A DNA stretch of 64,000 bases from assembly GCA_041739995.1 (NCBI GenBank), contig JBGSMV010000016.1, positions 3,872 to 67,871 on the forward strand. Reading direction: 5' to 3'. Origin of the DNA: Bdellovibrionota bacterium. GTDB taxonomy: Bacteria > Bdellovibrionota_C > UBA2361 > JBGSMV01. The notes beneath the pieces were generated by a model. It did no database searches. It was not told the DNA's origin and saw nothing but the letters and a program-made list of their open reading frames with translations. Of this stretch, positions 1 through 10,720 are shown in pieces. Position numbers and translations under genes: made by a program. Numbering within the stretch: the stretch's first letter is position 1; every line of letters starts with the position of its first letter.

Positions 1-1655
1 CCCAAGGTTCGCGAGGTGAGCGAGAGGGAGATGAAGGGTAGAAGGATAAGGTTTACAAGAGAACCCAGGGTAACCCACATCGCTACATCAATAAGATCAA
101 AGGGGCTAAATGCGCGCGTTCCTGTAACTAGCTCATTCACACTAAATGGTCCGGCGAGCAGTGCCACAATAGCGACGCCTAGCCCACACAAAAGAGCGAC
201 GAGCGCATCAAGGCCAAAGGCTGAGATTCGCCGCCATGCGGGAGCGCGTGCCTGCAACGAAGGATGTTCAATCTCATCTTCGACTCGTCGACCAGAGATC
301 GATAACCCTTGGTTCCCCTTAAGTGAGACCAGCTGGGCATTGGAGAGGCGTTCGACTACTCTAAGCTGAATGGCGGCGTCTCCCGCATCGACTTCACGGT
401 TGACGCTAGTCTGAACAGTGTTCACGTAGCGCCGCTCACTCTCAGGATCAATTAGGGCCTCACGCGACATCTCAAAAAGCACTTCTACGTCAGAGCGCCC
501 CTGCATAGAAAAAAAATGCTCTGCACTAAGTTCAAGATCTTGCGTCTGATCATTAGTCGTAAGCTCTTGGAGCGCATCTCCAAAAAGCTGCTCTATAGAA
601 GTCTCAATAGTTTCGGTCGAGAAGGAAAATTCGTGCATGGCGGATGATTCGAGTGCTGCGGTGGGACTTAGCGCAGCGAGCCTTGTGTCCGTGTCAGATG
701 TTGAAATCTCGCTTGGCGCTTGAAGCCCTGGCGGTACAGAGATGTTTTCGTTCGATTGATATGAAGGCTCTACGGCAGGACTCGTCTTAGTGTCAGGTTC
801 GTCGTTGTTTGGTGTGGCGGATGCCTGAAATATTTCCGCAGCAGCACTAATCTCGTCGAGGCCTGGCGAGAAAGAGGCCGCAATTGTTTCGCCAGAAGTA
901 GGAGCCTGCTCTTCTTGGATTTCAGGGCGTGAGGACTGCTGCGATGGGGTCTCTGGCTGTGGAACAGCGCTGTCGATCGAACTCGTATCATGTAGGAAGG
1001 CTTGCGCCTGAAATTCAAGCTCATTTGACGGTATCGCCAGTTCCGCGTGGGGTTCGTCATACGAAATAGGAGGAGCTTCGAAGACAGGCGAGGAATGCGG
1101 CGGGCGAGGAGCGGGAGCTACTTCGGTGTTTTCAAAAGAGGGGCTTCTGCTGGATTCTGAAAAAAGCGCCTCTGAAGAAGTTTCCGCTTGAGGTGCGTCG
1201 AAAGGTGCCGTGCTCGGCGATTCCCCTAAGTCAGGGTGCGATTGAAGGAAGCCCCTTTCTTGCGCAGCAACAACTTCCAAGTCCGATTCTTTTTCTGATT
1301 CTGGGGCGATCGGCGCCCTTACTTCCGAGCTACTCGGTGCAGGACTTTCGGAAGGAGTGGGGGATGAGACGGAACTGCTTCGAGCGCGAGAGAAAAAACC
1401 TGATAAAAATCCAACGAGGGTCTTGCCAGGCGCGCGCTCTGAGTTTTCCGTTTCTATGCTTTTGCTTGGCTGAGATACGAGAAAGGCGCCTGAGCCAGTA
1501 CCCTTGGTAGCGCGATCGACGAGCTGTTCATACGAGGCTCGCGGGTTCGATACGCGCAGGCCTGTCTGCTCCTTGAAATCACGAAGATCGACTAAGCACT
1601 TGGGGCAAATGTCTCGCAGATCCGAGCAAACGAACCCGCAGTCAGGGCATTTCAT
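1..1655 (-). CDS. Partial CDS, 3' end beyond the window edge: N-terminal zinc-ribbon (CPDCG...CPKC), long acidic Ser/Pro/Glu-rich low-complexity linker, C-terminal RDD-family-like membrane region
   Basis: Manual translation of the minus strand from the ATG at 1655-1653 gives MKCPDCGFVCSDLRDICPKCLVDL..., open with no stop down to position 1. This explains its absence from the ORF track. The segment nearest the edge reads APAWRRISAFGLDALVALLCGLGVAIVALLAG, which resembles the RDD-family N-terminus. The start overlaps the rsmE stop by about 14 nt. Confidence 0.55.
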   Translation of the reverse strand, partial: MKCPDCGFVCSDLRDICPKCLVDLRDFKEQTGLRVSNPRASYEQLVDRATKGTGSGAFLVSQPSKSIETENSERAPGKTLVGFLSGFFSRARSSSVSSPTPSESPAPSSSEVRAPIAPESEKESDLEVVAAQERGFLQSHPDLGESPSTAPFDAPQAETSSEALFSESSRSPSFENTEVAPAPRPPHSSPVFEAPPISYDEPHAELAIPSNELEFQAQAFLHDTSSIDSAVPQPETPSQQSSRPEIQEEQAPTSGETIAASFSPGLDEISAAAEIFQASATPNNDEPDTKTSPAVEPSYQSNENISVPPGLQAPSEISTSDTDTRLAALSPTAALESSAMHEFSFSTETIETSIEQLFGDALQELTTNDQTQDLELSAEHFFSMQGRSDVEVLFEMSREALIDPESERRYVNTVQTSVNREVDAGDAAIQLRVVERLSNAQLVSLKGNQGLSISGRRVEDEIEHPSLQARAPAWRRISAFGLDALVALLCGLGVAIVALLAGPFSVNELVTGTRAFSPFDLIDVAMWVTLGSLVNLILLPFISLSLTSRTL

Positions 1656-2439
1656 GTTCGGAGAAATCTCCCCAGATGGCGTTTGCAGAAGACAGTATGA
1701 CTATAGCAGCCGTTTCCGCTCGAAGCACCAGGGAACCAAGAGAGACGGGACGAAAGCCTTGATTCAGCAAAAGAGCTTCTTCTTGCGGGCTAAAGTCACC
1801 TTCTGGACCTGTCACTAGTGCGCAGGGAGCATGCCATTTGAAGCTTCTTAGTGGTCTGGCGGATGGGTTGAGAGATCCAAAAAAACCACTGTCGTGTCCA
1901 GCGATGGCGGCATCGAGCGAGGCAAAAAAATTCAATGTGGGGAGCGTGCTGCGCGCAGACTGTTTGGCTGCCGCCTCAGCGACGCGATTCCAGCGCAAAA
2001 GCTTCTTTGGTGCCGAACTCTCCTCGACAGTTACGACGCTCCTTGCTGCTTGATATACGGAGATGGTGCTCGCCCCAAGCTCGGTGGCTTTTTCGATTGC
2101 GAGTTCGAGGTGATCCCCTTTTAAGAGCGGCACCACGAGCGTATCTCCACGCATCGAGATGGGAGTGCTTTTAGAAATTTGCTCGAGCTTGGCTTGAACT
2201 GCTGGCTTAAGGGCACAAATTTTTGCTTCAAACTCTTGCCCAGAGGAAGCGCATACGATCGATAGTGTTGCGGAGAGGGGCAGTCTGAGCACATCACAGA
2301 TATGATGCGAATCGGTCGACGAGAGAGTAACGGTATCCCCAATTTGAAATGGGGAAGCTGTCATTGGTGGATCGGTCGCAATCCGTCTGCTGTGGGGAGA
2401 CGACGAGTGACGAACAAAAAATCGAGGATGCTTACTCAC
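1642..2439 (-). CDS. rsmE: 16S rRNA (uracil1498-N3)-methyltransferase RsmE
   Basis: 265 aa. The C-terminal GPEGDFSPQEEALL...GFRPVSLGSLVLRAETAAI matches the RsmE signature (GPEGGF ... LRTETA). Confidence 0.8.
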   Translation of the reverse strand: MSKHPRFFVRHSSSPHSRRIATDPPMTASPFQIGDTVTLSSTDSHHICDVLRLPLSATLSIVCASSGQEFEAKICALKPAVQAKLEQISKSTPISMRGDTLVVPLLKGDHLELAIEKATELGASTISVYQAARSVVTVEESSAPKKLLRWNRVAEAAAKQSARSTLPTLNFFASLDAAIAGHDSGFFGSLNPSARPLRSFKWHAPCALVTGPEGDFSPQEEALLLNQGFRPVSLGSLVLRAETAAIVILSSANAIWGDFSEHEMP

Positions 2440-2701
2440 TCACCAACACCCCTATCGGAAGCCATCCTCGTTTTCTGAGTTAGAAGTTCATCTAAGTATC
2501 TTCCTCGCCGTTCCCGCTGAGCTCGTCGTGTGATTGATTAAAGGTATTCACAAAGAGAGCAGCGAGCGCGGTGAGAATTATTGATCGAACCCTTAACTCA
2601 GAACACCAGAAAGCCGTTGCAAAAAGCTACTTTGGGAGCCACTGACTTTCTTAAATTCTGACTTTCTTAAATAGAGCCTCGGCTTAGGAAGTATTTCAAA
2701 C

Positions 2702-3322
2702 TCAGGCGTTTTTATTTGGTCGCTCAAGTCCGAGTTTCTTCAGTCTGGCGCGAAGGAAAGAGATTTTATCAATTCCTACGATACGCTCTTTATCGATTAC
2801 AAATGTAGGAGTGTCGAACACGTCGAACTTTCTGCCACGCTTGTAGATTCCCTTCACTCTTTCTCTGGTGTCGGACGAGGAAACCTTGCTCAAAAACTCG
2901 CCAAGGTCGATGTCCAAGTCTTCACAGAGTTGAGTGGTGAAGGCCTCATCGTTAGGATTTTCACCCATGCCCCACCACTTGTTGAACATTTTGATGTTGT
3001 ATTCCATCAAGACGCCCATGTCGCCGGCAACAACGGCTCCGCGAGTCGCGCGACCTGGATCAAACTCTCCCTCTGGCCAGCCTTCAGGGAACTGAAGCGG
3101 AAGACCAAGCTCTTCGGCGAAACGTTTCGTGTCTTCAAAGAGGTACGACAGTTTTTCGGGGATCACAGACGCTGGGGTGATTGGCTGGCCTGCGGCTTTG
3201 GCTGAGAATGGCTGCCACAGCAGGTCTACATCAAAATCAGATTCAATCGCATAGATTTGCTCTAAAGCCAGATAGGAGTAGGGGCTTTGGAACGAATAAA
3301 ATACTTCAATTGTGAGTGCCAT
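2702..3322 (-). CDS. DsbA-like thioredoxin-fold protein, 2-hydroxychromene-2-carboxylate isomerase family
   Basis: 206 aa. The N-terminal EVFYSFQSPYSYLA motif and overall length are typical of HCCA isomerase / DsbA-like family proteins. Confidence 0.6.
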   Translation of the reverse strand: MALTIEVFYSFQSPYSYLALEQIYAIESDFDVDLLWQPFSAKAAGQPITPASVIPEKLSYLFEDTKRFAEELGLPLQFPEGWPEGEFDPGRATRGAVVAGDMGVLMEYNIKMFNKWWGMGENPNDEAFTTQLCEDLDIDLGEFLSKVSSSDTRERVKGIYKRGRKFDVFDTPTFVIDKERIVGIDKISFLRARLKKLGLERPNKNA

Positions 3323-3974
3323 ATACGCTACCTAATCCAAAAATCTTTCGTGTTCTATCAGCTTCTTTAAAGGCAAAACTTCTTCAGGAGTTACTAAGTG
3401 CTGCATTTGCGATCTTGCATTTGAGATCTTCTGTCCGACATCCTTGCCGTATTCTCGCAGCACCTAAAAACAACGCACGCAACAATTCTCCGAACCCAAG
3501 GGCCCGGTTCGCAACTCCAAAAAATGGCGCTACTTGATTCGGACGTACCTCAAGGCCGTTCCTCTAGACGAGGTGCGAGGGCCAAGGCGTACTCACCGGA
3601 GAGGCAGATACGAGGTTTGATTTTAGCTGCAAAACATTTTGCTCATTTCTAAGCAGCTCTTCATGTTTTGCGTGCCAAAATGTTCTCGGACAGCGCCTCT
3701 TCCGACGCTTGCTTCGTTGGTACGGTACTTCGAGATAGAGGCAAAATGCAAGGTAAACTGCTGTCCTAACGAGAGAAATTTAGAGAGCGATGGGTTGAAT
3801 TCTCGGTCTTTAAGGCGACAAAGCTGTGGAAAGATACACGGTAGTGTTGTTCGGCTGTTACGGGTGATTTTTTAAAAAAGTAGCGATTGTTCTCCCTTGA
3901 TGGTCGGAGAGATATTTGCTTGCTTTTCAGCCGCTGCTCTAGTGAATTCAAACAGATAAGATAAGTTTACCGCC

Positions 3975-4880
3975 ATGATTAGTAAGGGACACTCTTTAGA
4001 AACGATAGGCCAGCCAGGTGCTCGCCCCATGCTTTGCTTGGAGGTGAATCCTCCTCGAGGAGTTGAAATTGAGCCCATATTCTCTCGATTGGAGGGAGCT
4101 CTGGATGGGGTGGATTTTCTCAATATTACAGACAGCGCTCTTGCCAGAATGAAGCTTGCGGCCATCCCCTTCGGCGCAATGATAAAACAGCGATTTGGGG
4201 TTGAAACGTTGATCAACGTCTCCTGCCGCGATCGAAACTTGATAGCACTTCAAGCCGATCTTCTGGCTGGTTGGGCGCTCGGGGTTCGCTCGGTCGTGGC
4301 ACTCACTGGTGATGCCGTGACAATTGGGGACTCCCCTGACCGCAAGGGAGTATTCGAGGTAAATTCAGTTGGCCTTCTCAGCGCTATACAAACTCTGAAT
4401 TCTGGGGCGGATCTTGCGGGTAATGAGCTTAAGGGGGCGCCTCAATTCGTTCCTGGCGTCGTCGTTAATCCGAACGCACGCAATTCAGCAGCAGAAATAC
4501 GCAGGTTGAAGAGAAAAAAGGAGGCGGGTGCCAAATACGCGCTTAGTCAGCCGGTCTTTGACGCAACTGCAGCGTGTGCCTTTCTTGAGGCTGCCGCAGA
4601 GGTTGAGTTGCCAATATTCCTTGGTCTCTTGCCTCTAAAGAGCAAGAAAGCTGCAGAAGGAATATCGAAGATTCCAGGCATACGAATTTCTGAGGCGGTT
4701 TCTGAGCACCTTGCCCGCCAAGCCGAAGCGGATCTTTCAGAATTTTTCCTTGAGCATTGTTTGAACTTGGCTCACGTCACCCGTCCTTTGGTGGCGGGAT
4801 TTCACGTGGTCAGTGGCGTTACGCCACTGCTCTCAATTGAGCTGACCCGTCGTCTCGCGCGATGGATTGGCACCCTTTAG
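3975..4880 (+). CDS. metF: 5,10-methylenetetrahydrofolate reductase
   Basis: 301 aa. LCLEVNPPRG (compare the LSFEFFPP motif), a TIM-barrel MTHFR pattern and length fit MetF. Confidence 0.75.
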   Translation: MISKGHSLETIGQPGARPMLCLEVNPPRGVEIEPIFSRLEGALDGVDFLNITDSALARMKLAAIPFGAMIKQRFGVETLINVSCRDRNLIALQADLLAGWALGVRSVVALTGDAVTIGDSPDRKGVFEVNSVGLLSAIQTLNSGADLAGNELKGAPQFVPGVVVNPNARNSAAEIRRLKRKKEAGAKYALSQPVFDATAACAFLEAAAEVELPIFLGLLPLKSKKAAEGISKIPGIRISEAVSEHLARQAEADLSEFFLEHCLNLAHVTRPLVAGFHVVSGVTPLLSIELTRRLARWIGTL

Positions 4881-5062
4881 TTCTGCGGACCCTAAGGCTG
4901 AAGATAAATTGGCTTTCTAACAGTGGTGGGATGTCAGTATCGTGGGCACCTGGTTTCCGCCCGAGCCCGGATCGGCTAACCTCTTGATGTCTCCTCGTCA
5001 CCACGGCGAGCAGTGCCTCGGAGCTCTTACTCTAAGCTGGGCGAAGTTTTTTGAGAGTTTGT

Positions 5063-5656
5063 ATGAAGCGTCGTGAAGAAATGACATTCCTCGAACGCGT
5101 TTATCTCATTGAGATTGCGAAAGGGGTTAGTTTCACTTTTTGGAAATTAGTCCGAAACCTCAGTGTTCACGTTCTGCACCTATTTGGCATCATGAAGAAT
5201 GTGCGCGCGGCGGCGAGCATTCAGTATCCTAATGAGCGACGAGAGTATCCTTCGCGCTATCGGGGGCGGCATCGATTAACGCTGCATGCCAATGGTGATG
5301 TGAAGTGCACATCGTGTTTTCTGTGCGCGACTGCCTGCCCCGCTCGTTGTATTTACATTGAGCCGGCCGAACATGCGGATGCGAAAGTTGAAAAGTTTCC
5401 GCATCGTTACGAGATTGACACGTTGCTATGTATTTATTGTGGATACTGTGTGGAGGCCTGCCCAGTAGACGCGATTCGTATGGATACCGGAATTCACCCG
5501 GAGATTTATCCTCCAGATCCGCGCCTGTTTATTGAAGACAAAGAGACCTTGATGGAACGCTCGCGCAGAATTGCGGACGTTGGCGTAGACAATGTTTTTG
5601 AACAGCATATGCAGCGGATGCGGAATCTAGAACTGCATCCAATGCGATCTGAGTGA
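5063..5656 (+). CDS. NuoI-like 2x[4Fe-4S] ferredoxin (NADH-quinone oxidoreductase subunit I family), isolated from any nuo operon
   Basis: Two CxxCxxCxxxCP motifs (CTSCFLCATACP, CIYCGYCVEACP) with NuoI-like spacing. The N-terminus aligns with E. coli NuoI. The track start at 5051 is TTG; ATG at 5063 or 5081 is more likely. Confidence 0.65.
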   Translation: MKRREEMTFLERVYLIEIAKGVSFTFWKLVRNLSVHVLHLFGIMKNVRAAASIQYPNERREYPSRYRGRHRLTLHANGDVKCTSCFLCATACPARCIYIEPAEHADAKVEKFPHRYEIDTLLCIYCGYCVEACPVDAIRMDTGIHPEIYPPDPRLFIEDKETLMERSRRIADVGVDNVFEQHMQRMRNLELHPMRSE

Positions 5657-5659
5657 TAT

Positions 5660-7153
5660 TTGCATATCGTGAAAATATTCCCTGACAAACTCATCTCTTG
5701 TGCTTTGTCGGCGCTCGCCTCCTTGTTTGTGTTGTTACCGGGTGTTTTCGCGGCACCTGCTCAGAAACTATTGTCCGCGCCATCTGGAGGTTCTGACACT
5801 CCGACGGCAACTGAGAGTTTCAGTCCCACAGAACGTGCCGATGCCTTGGACGCTGCTTTGTCAGACCGGTCGCAATCGGATGCGATTTCTCGCGCCGTGG
5901 CCCTGTTGCCGAGCCCTCCTAGAATGACGCCTCTCAACATCCAGAGTGCAAACGCACCACAGTTTAGGTCGCTCATACTGCCTGAGTGGTACCCGTTTGT
6001 ACGAGATGGCGCGATCGAAATACCGGCATTTAAGACCTCACAACTTAGTTTTGGAGATGATGCCGATTGGGTTAGCCGGTCCATGCTGAAGAACGAGGAA
6101 CAGGAAGCAGAGGTTGACCTCAATGTTGGAGCACTAACCAGAGGTTTTCCTTTTGGAGATACAGCAGCGTTACAACAACTCGACTCAAAGCAATTAGCAC
6201 AGAGAATGTTATTAAATTTCCAAGCGCGTGAACTGACCAGCGCTCTGGTGCGTGCGCAATTTCGCATTCAACTTTCGCACGATTACCGCCTGCTGCAAGA
6301 CGCTCGATTGACGAGGATAAGAGTGGCGCCTGGTCGCCTCGACGGCGCGCAAGTTAATGATCAGCTCTACAGAGAAATCGCAGAATTGATTTCGCCTGAG
6401 GGCCTGAGTGGATTTCGCTATCTTACTTTTCGCTTCACGGGAAGTGAGGAGGACCTTCTGTGGCTTTACTCGCCGCGTCTCAATAAGGTGCGACAGCTCA
6501 CCGGCTCCAATCGTGGGGACTCGATTTTTGGGCTCTCGGTCTCTTTGGATGACCTGATGCCGTACTCCGAAAAAACAGAACTCATCGATGTGCAGGAGAG
6601 CGAATCGCTCGTCGGGCTTGTGCCCGTTGCTGATGATACCGTCCAGAGCTTGTCGTCGAAACTGGAGGGTTGTTTACGGACAGACGGAGCTACTGGAGTC
6701 GAAGCGATCATTCCCCAAGCGCAGCCAGTTTCTGCGGATCAGACACTCAGTGAGTTTTCTCGCAGCACGCTTTCCAGCGGGTTTCCTTCGTCGGTTGTTT
6801 TTGTTCCCAGGCCACTGCGAAAAATTTATCTCAACCCGCGAGATCCGTTTTCTCCGAACGGAAGAATGATAATTTACATCGACGAACAGCTACAGATGCC
6901 TGTGGCCAAGGTAGTGTTTGATCGAACCGGACAACTGTCGCGGTTGGTGCTGGGCGCACTCGCCATCTCTGAAACAAAGGATGGCATGCGCCGCGAGCCT
7001 TACTTCAAGTATGCATCCCTCATCGAAATCAAGTCGGGAGCGAGGGTAACTCTTGAGACTGAGTCTTATGAGATGTGTGATGCCTTACCCAAGGGCATGT
7101 CGCTTACCGCCTTCGATCCCTCGAATCTCGCTCCACAGCGCCCGGCCGAATAG
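5660..7153 (+). CDS. Secreted hypothetical protein (signal peptide LLPGVFAAPAQK)
   Basis: 497 aa. Hydrophobic N-terminus followed by AAP; no recognised catalytic motifs. Confidence 0.5.
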   Translation: MHIVKIFPDKLISCALSALASLFVLLPGVFAAPAQKLLSAPSGGSDTPTATESFSPTERADALDAALSDRSQSDAISRAVALLPSPPRMTPLNIQSANAPQFRSLILPEWYPFVRDGAIEIPAFKTSQLSFGDDADWVSRSMLKNEEQEAEVDLNVGALTRGFPFGDTAALQQLDSKQLAQRMLLNFQARELTSALVRAQFRIQLSHDYRLLQDARLTRIRVAPGRLDGAQVNDQLYREIAELISPEGLSGFRYLTFRFTGSEEDLLWLYSPRLNKVRQLTGSNRGDSIFGLSVSLDDLMPYSEKTELIDVQESESLVGLVPVADDTVQSLSSKLEGCLRTDGATGVEAIIPQAQPVSADQTLSEFSRSTLSSGFPSSVVFVPRPLRKIYLNPRDPFSPNGRMIIYIDEQLQMPVAKVVFDRTGQLSRLVLGALAISETKDGMRREPYFKYASLIEIKSGARVTLETESYEMCDALPKGMSLTAFDPSNLAPQRPAE

Positions 7154-7277
7154 AGTAATGGTCATCCTCTGATTCGCAAGAAGTACGGTGCTCAAGTTCG
7201 GATGCACTCATGGTCGGCTGCTTGGAAGGGCGGAATGAAAAGCAAGGCCGGTGTTGCCCTCTTCGAATGCTGCCGAA

Positions 7278-7832
7278 TTACTTAACGCGGCGTAGGGTAG
7301 GGCGCGCCTTGTTTTTTGTGGAAGGCGGCGCCTCGGAAGGAGGATTCTCAGGCACGTCTTTAGAGCTTGCTATCGCTACTTCTGCCTGTGGAGAAAGTTT
7401 AAGTTCTTGTTGTAATTCAGGTGGAAGTTCATCTGGCCAGATCAGCCGCTTGTCATCGATCGAGGACATTCCCCAGATTGCGGGCCATGGAATCTTACAT
7501 GGAAAAATTCGATCCCCGAACCTAAGTTCGGCAGTTACTCGATCATCATCCAGCGTCATCTTTCCTTCAAAATTGAAACTGACCTTCAAGGTAATCACTG
7601 GGGACTGCATGACATCAAGTGGCAGTATCGCGCCCTCGACTTGGGGTCTTACGTGCAGAAAAGCATAGTCATGCTTCAGAAATTCTTCGAGTATGAGACG
7701 TTTTTCTTTTGAACGATTCACTGAGGTCCTTACACACTCAATTCCTCCAGTAGCAGCAGTAAAATATGGGATCATCAATGTAAGGATGCAAGTTGGGCCC
7801 TCTCTCAAGGAGAAGCCCGATTGAGCATCCAC
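7278..7832 (-). CDS. sspB: ClpXP adaptor SspB-like (stringent starvation protein B family)
   Basis: The C-terminus ends ...ARPTLRRVK, compared with E. coli SspB ...RPALRVVK. The N-terminal RLILEEFLKHDYAFLHV resembles SspB PYLLRAFYEWLLDNQLTPHLVV. An acidic Pro-rich tail precedes the ClpX-binding C-terminus. The true start is probably internal to the listed ORF. Confidence 0.6.
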   Translation of the reverse strand: MDAQSGFSLREGPTCILTLMIPYFTAATGGIECVRTSVNRSKEKRLILEEFLKHDYAFLHVRPQVEGAILPLDVMQSPVITLKVSFNFEGKMTLDDDRVTAELRFGDRIFPCKIPWPAIWGMSSIDDKRLIWPDELPPELQQELKLSPQAEVAIASSKDVPENPPSEAPPSTKNKARPTLRRVK

Positions 7833-8374
7833 GAAAAACGACTGACCAGAACCCCACGTGTCATCGGGTTGTTGCGTGGAGCGGGGCTACTATTTGGATA
7901 GCCATTGGATAGCCGTGGCGGAGCGAATCACGGAGGACCCGGTGAACAATTACTAATAGATACAAGGCATTAGGCGTTAGTCCGCAGAGGTTATGAAGAA
8001 AAGGCGTCGAAATGCCGACCCTTTTGGTTATGGGGTCTCTCCAAGACATAGCGCCATTTCGTACCCAGGAATCTGGGTCGATTCAGCTTGTAGCGCTCGG
8101 GTTTTGTGCCGCGCTGGTGGTGCTACTGGCAATTCCTCTGATTGAGGCGCTTGTTCCAGAAACCGCCACGAATGAAACTGCGGTGAGCTCTGAGGTAGCT
8201 TCTTAGGCAGGAGCTTAAAAAATTCTAGCGAACTTACGCGCTAGTTTTTTGCGACTCACGGGGCAAATTTGACTTCATTATCGTCTCCTTAAGCTATCGC
8301 ACGAGCAAACTCCATATAAGACTTTTTCTTCCTCTCTTTGCGAGAGCTCCTCTCTTACAGTAGCTTCTGTCTCC

Positions 8375-10687
8375 ATGGGAACGGAAGAAAAGGGAATCAT
8401 TGACGCATCACTGCAACGCGAATCAAAAGATCGCTACCTGACCTATGCGCTGAGTGTAGTTACTGGACGTGCACTTCCCGATGTACGCGACGGATTAAAG
8501 CCAGTTCAACGCCGAATTCTCTTTTCGATGTACAAAGATCTCAGACTTCTCCCTCAGGGAACACACCGAAAGTCTGCTGCTATAGTGGGTAAGGTGTTGG
8601 CCAGCTACCACCCACATGGCGACGTGGCTTGCTACGAATCTATGGTCCGCATGGCGCAAGATTTTTCTCTGCGCTACCCGCTTGTGGATGGGCAGGGAAA
8701 CTTCGGCTCACTCGATGGCGATAGCGCCGCGGCCTACCGATATACGGAGGCACGTTTGCGCCATCTCGCCGTTGAGGTGATTGGGGAAATTGACGAAGAA
8801 ACGGTCGAGTACCGAGATAATTTTGACTCGACCGAGCGTGAGCCCATAGTTTTCCCGAGTCGAGTGCCTAACCTGCTGATTAATGGCGCGAGTGGAATCG
8901 CGGTCGGCATGGCGACCAGCATTCCTCCGCATAACCTACGCGATACCGTAAAAGCCTTGCTCGAATTGCTCGATGACCCAGAGACCAGCAACGCCAAACT
9001 TGCGGGAACGATAAAGGGCCCCGACTTTCCAACTGGCTGTTTAATTCTCAACTCACGCAAAGAGATAGCAGACATTTACAAAACTGGCCGTGGCTCCATC
9101 CGCATGCGCGGAGAATGGACTGAAGAAGAGACGGCCAGAGGCAAGAAGTACATCGTGGTCACCTCTATTCCCTATGCAGTCAATAAGTCTCAGCTTGTAG
9201 AGAAAATCGCCGAATTGATTGTCGAAAGAAAGGTTCCTCAGTTAGTTGATGTGCGAGACGAATCAACTGCTGAGGTGCGAGTGGTGCTCGAGTTATCTCC
9301 CGGCGCCGATCCGCAGGTGGCGATGGCTTACGTCTTTAAACACACCAATCTTGAGAGCAACTTCGCGGTAAACCTTACCGCGCTGGTGCCGTCCGGTGGA
9401 CGTTCGCCCAGACCTGAACTGCTCTCACTTCGAGACTGTTTGCAGCACTTCTTGAATTTTCGTGAGGAAGTAGTTCAGCTCAAACTCGAATTCGAAAAGC
9501 GCAAACTGCTTGAGCGCCTACATATTCTAGAAGGGCTCATTGCCATTTACGATAGGCTCGACGAGGCGCTGAAAATTGTTCGAAAGAGCGATGGACGCGC
9601 GGACTCAGCCAGCAAGTTACAAGCAAGATTTAAGCTTTCTGAGCTTCAGTCCTTCGCCGTGGTAGACATGCGCATCTACCAGCTCTCAAGAACCAACATT
9701 GATGAGATAGAAGCTGAGTACAAAGAGAAATCATCGCGTGTGATGGAAATAGAGATTGTTCTAAAAAGTAAAGCCAAGATTCGAGCGATAGTGAGAGGAG
9801 ATCTCGAATCCCTCGCCGAGACCTTTGGCGATAAACGACTTTCTAAATTCGCGACTGAATCCGCAGAAATCGAGTTCAATGCCGAAGACTATGTGGTTCA
9901 TGAAGATGTCTTCGCTATCGTGACTGCCGACGGGTGGATCAAGCGAATTCGTCAGAACAATGAACTAGAGGCCACTAGAATCAGAGAGGGCGACTCCATT
10001 TTACGTGCGCATCCACTTTCAACGCATGACTCCGTCGTATTTTTTACCACTCGTGGCAACGTCTACTCATTGAAGGTGAGTGACTTTCCGTCGTCTTCTG
10101 GTTACGGCGATCCGGTGCAGAAGATTCTCAAATTCAAAGATGGTGAGCGCATTGTTGAGAGTTTTGGAGTCCTGCAAGGGCAAGATCCCGCAAAGCTCGC
10201 CGAATCGCGTCGTGCCGTTAAGGATGGTGATCATGTTCTGCTCATCAGTGCTACGGGGGTGGGCTTTATCCATAAGCTTGAAGGCCTTGAGCAGATTAAG
10301 CGCAGTGGGAAGCGCGCGATTAAGCTCAGAGACAAGGATGAGCTGAGCGTGGTGAGCGTGTGTATTCCTGGCACTGACGCAGAAGTATCCTTATTCTCAC
10401 TCAAGGGCTGCGGTTTGCGTGTGCGCCTAAAAGAGATTCCTGTTCGGGATAGCGCAGCCGTAGGGGTTGCCCTGCTCAGCGTACGTGATGCCGATAAATG
10501 CATCGGAGCAATCTGTCACAAGGGTTCTGTGAAGATTCAATTGGTGCTGGCAAATAAAAAGACCAAGGATATCGCTTCGTCAGAGATAGTTGCGGGACGT
10601 CGGTCGCTCAAAGGAAACAAGGTGGGTGTTCGTGATGATGTGTTGCGTGTCGAGCCCTTTGTTTCGGCCGAAGCAAAGAAGAAATAG
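8375..10687 (+). CDS. parC: Type IIA topoisomerase subunit A, topoisomerase IV ParC-like (770 aa, no GyrA box)
   Basis: [24 protein letters not shown] and the active-site region [10 protein letters not shown] are present. The short length and absence of QRRGGKG favour ParC over GyrA. Confidence 0.8.
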   Translation: MGTEEKGIIDASLQRESKDRYLTYALSVVTGRALPDVRDGLKPVQRRILFSMYKDLRLLPQGTHRKSAAIVGKVLASYHPHGDVACYESMVRMAQDFSLRYPLVDGQGNFGSLDGDSAAAYRYTEARLRHLAVEVIGEIDEETVEYRDNFDSTEREPIVFPSRVPNLLINGASGIAVGMATSIPPHNLRDTVKALLELLDDPETSNAKLAGTIKGPDFPTGCLILNSRKEIADIYKTGRGSIRMRGEWTEEETARGKKYIVVTSIPYAVNKSQLVEKIAELIVERKVPQLVDVRDESTAEVRVVLELSPGADPQVAMAYVFKHTNLESNFAVNLTALVPSGGRSPRPELLSLRDCLQHFLNFREEVVQLKLEFEKRKLLERLHILEGLIAIYDRLDEALKIVRKSDGRADSASKLQARFKLSELQSFAVVDMRIYQLSRTNIDEIEAEYKEKSSRVMEIEIVLKSKAKIRAIVRGDLESLAETFGDKRLSKFATESAEIEFNAEDYVVHEDVFAIVTADGWIKRIRQNNELEATRIREGDSILRAHPLSTHDSVVFFTTRGNVYSLKVSDFPSSSGYGDPVQKILKFKDGERIVESFGVLQGQDPAKLAESRRAVKDGDHVLLISATGVGFIHKLEGLEQIKRSGKRAIKLRDKDELSVVSVCIPGTDAEVSLFSLKGCGLRVRLKEIPVRDSAAVGVALLSVRDADKCIGAICHKGSVKIQLVLANKKTKDIASSEIVAGRRSLKGNKVGVRDDVLRVEPFVSAEAKKK

Positions 10688-10720
10688 ACGATAATTCACT
10701 AAATCTTAAGTGCAGATCTT

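Noticed and set aside
16-369. 117-aa + strand ORF at the window start
   Set aside because: It lies antisense to the long zinc-ribbon/RDD-like ORF that runs off the window edge. The composition is Arg/Ser-rich and typical of a shadow frame.
5761-6267. Numerous 60-170-aa ORFs antisense to long genes (5761..6267, 8734..9075, 21770..22186, 25152..25664, 36178..36684 and others)
   Set aside because: They are fully contained in, and antisense or frame-shifted to, well-supported long CDSs. Compositions are typical of shadow ORFs.
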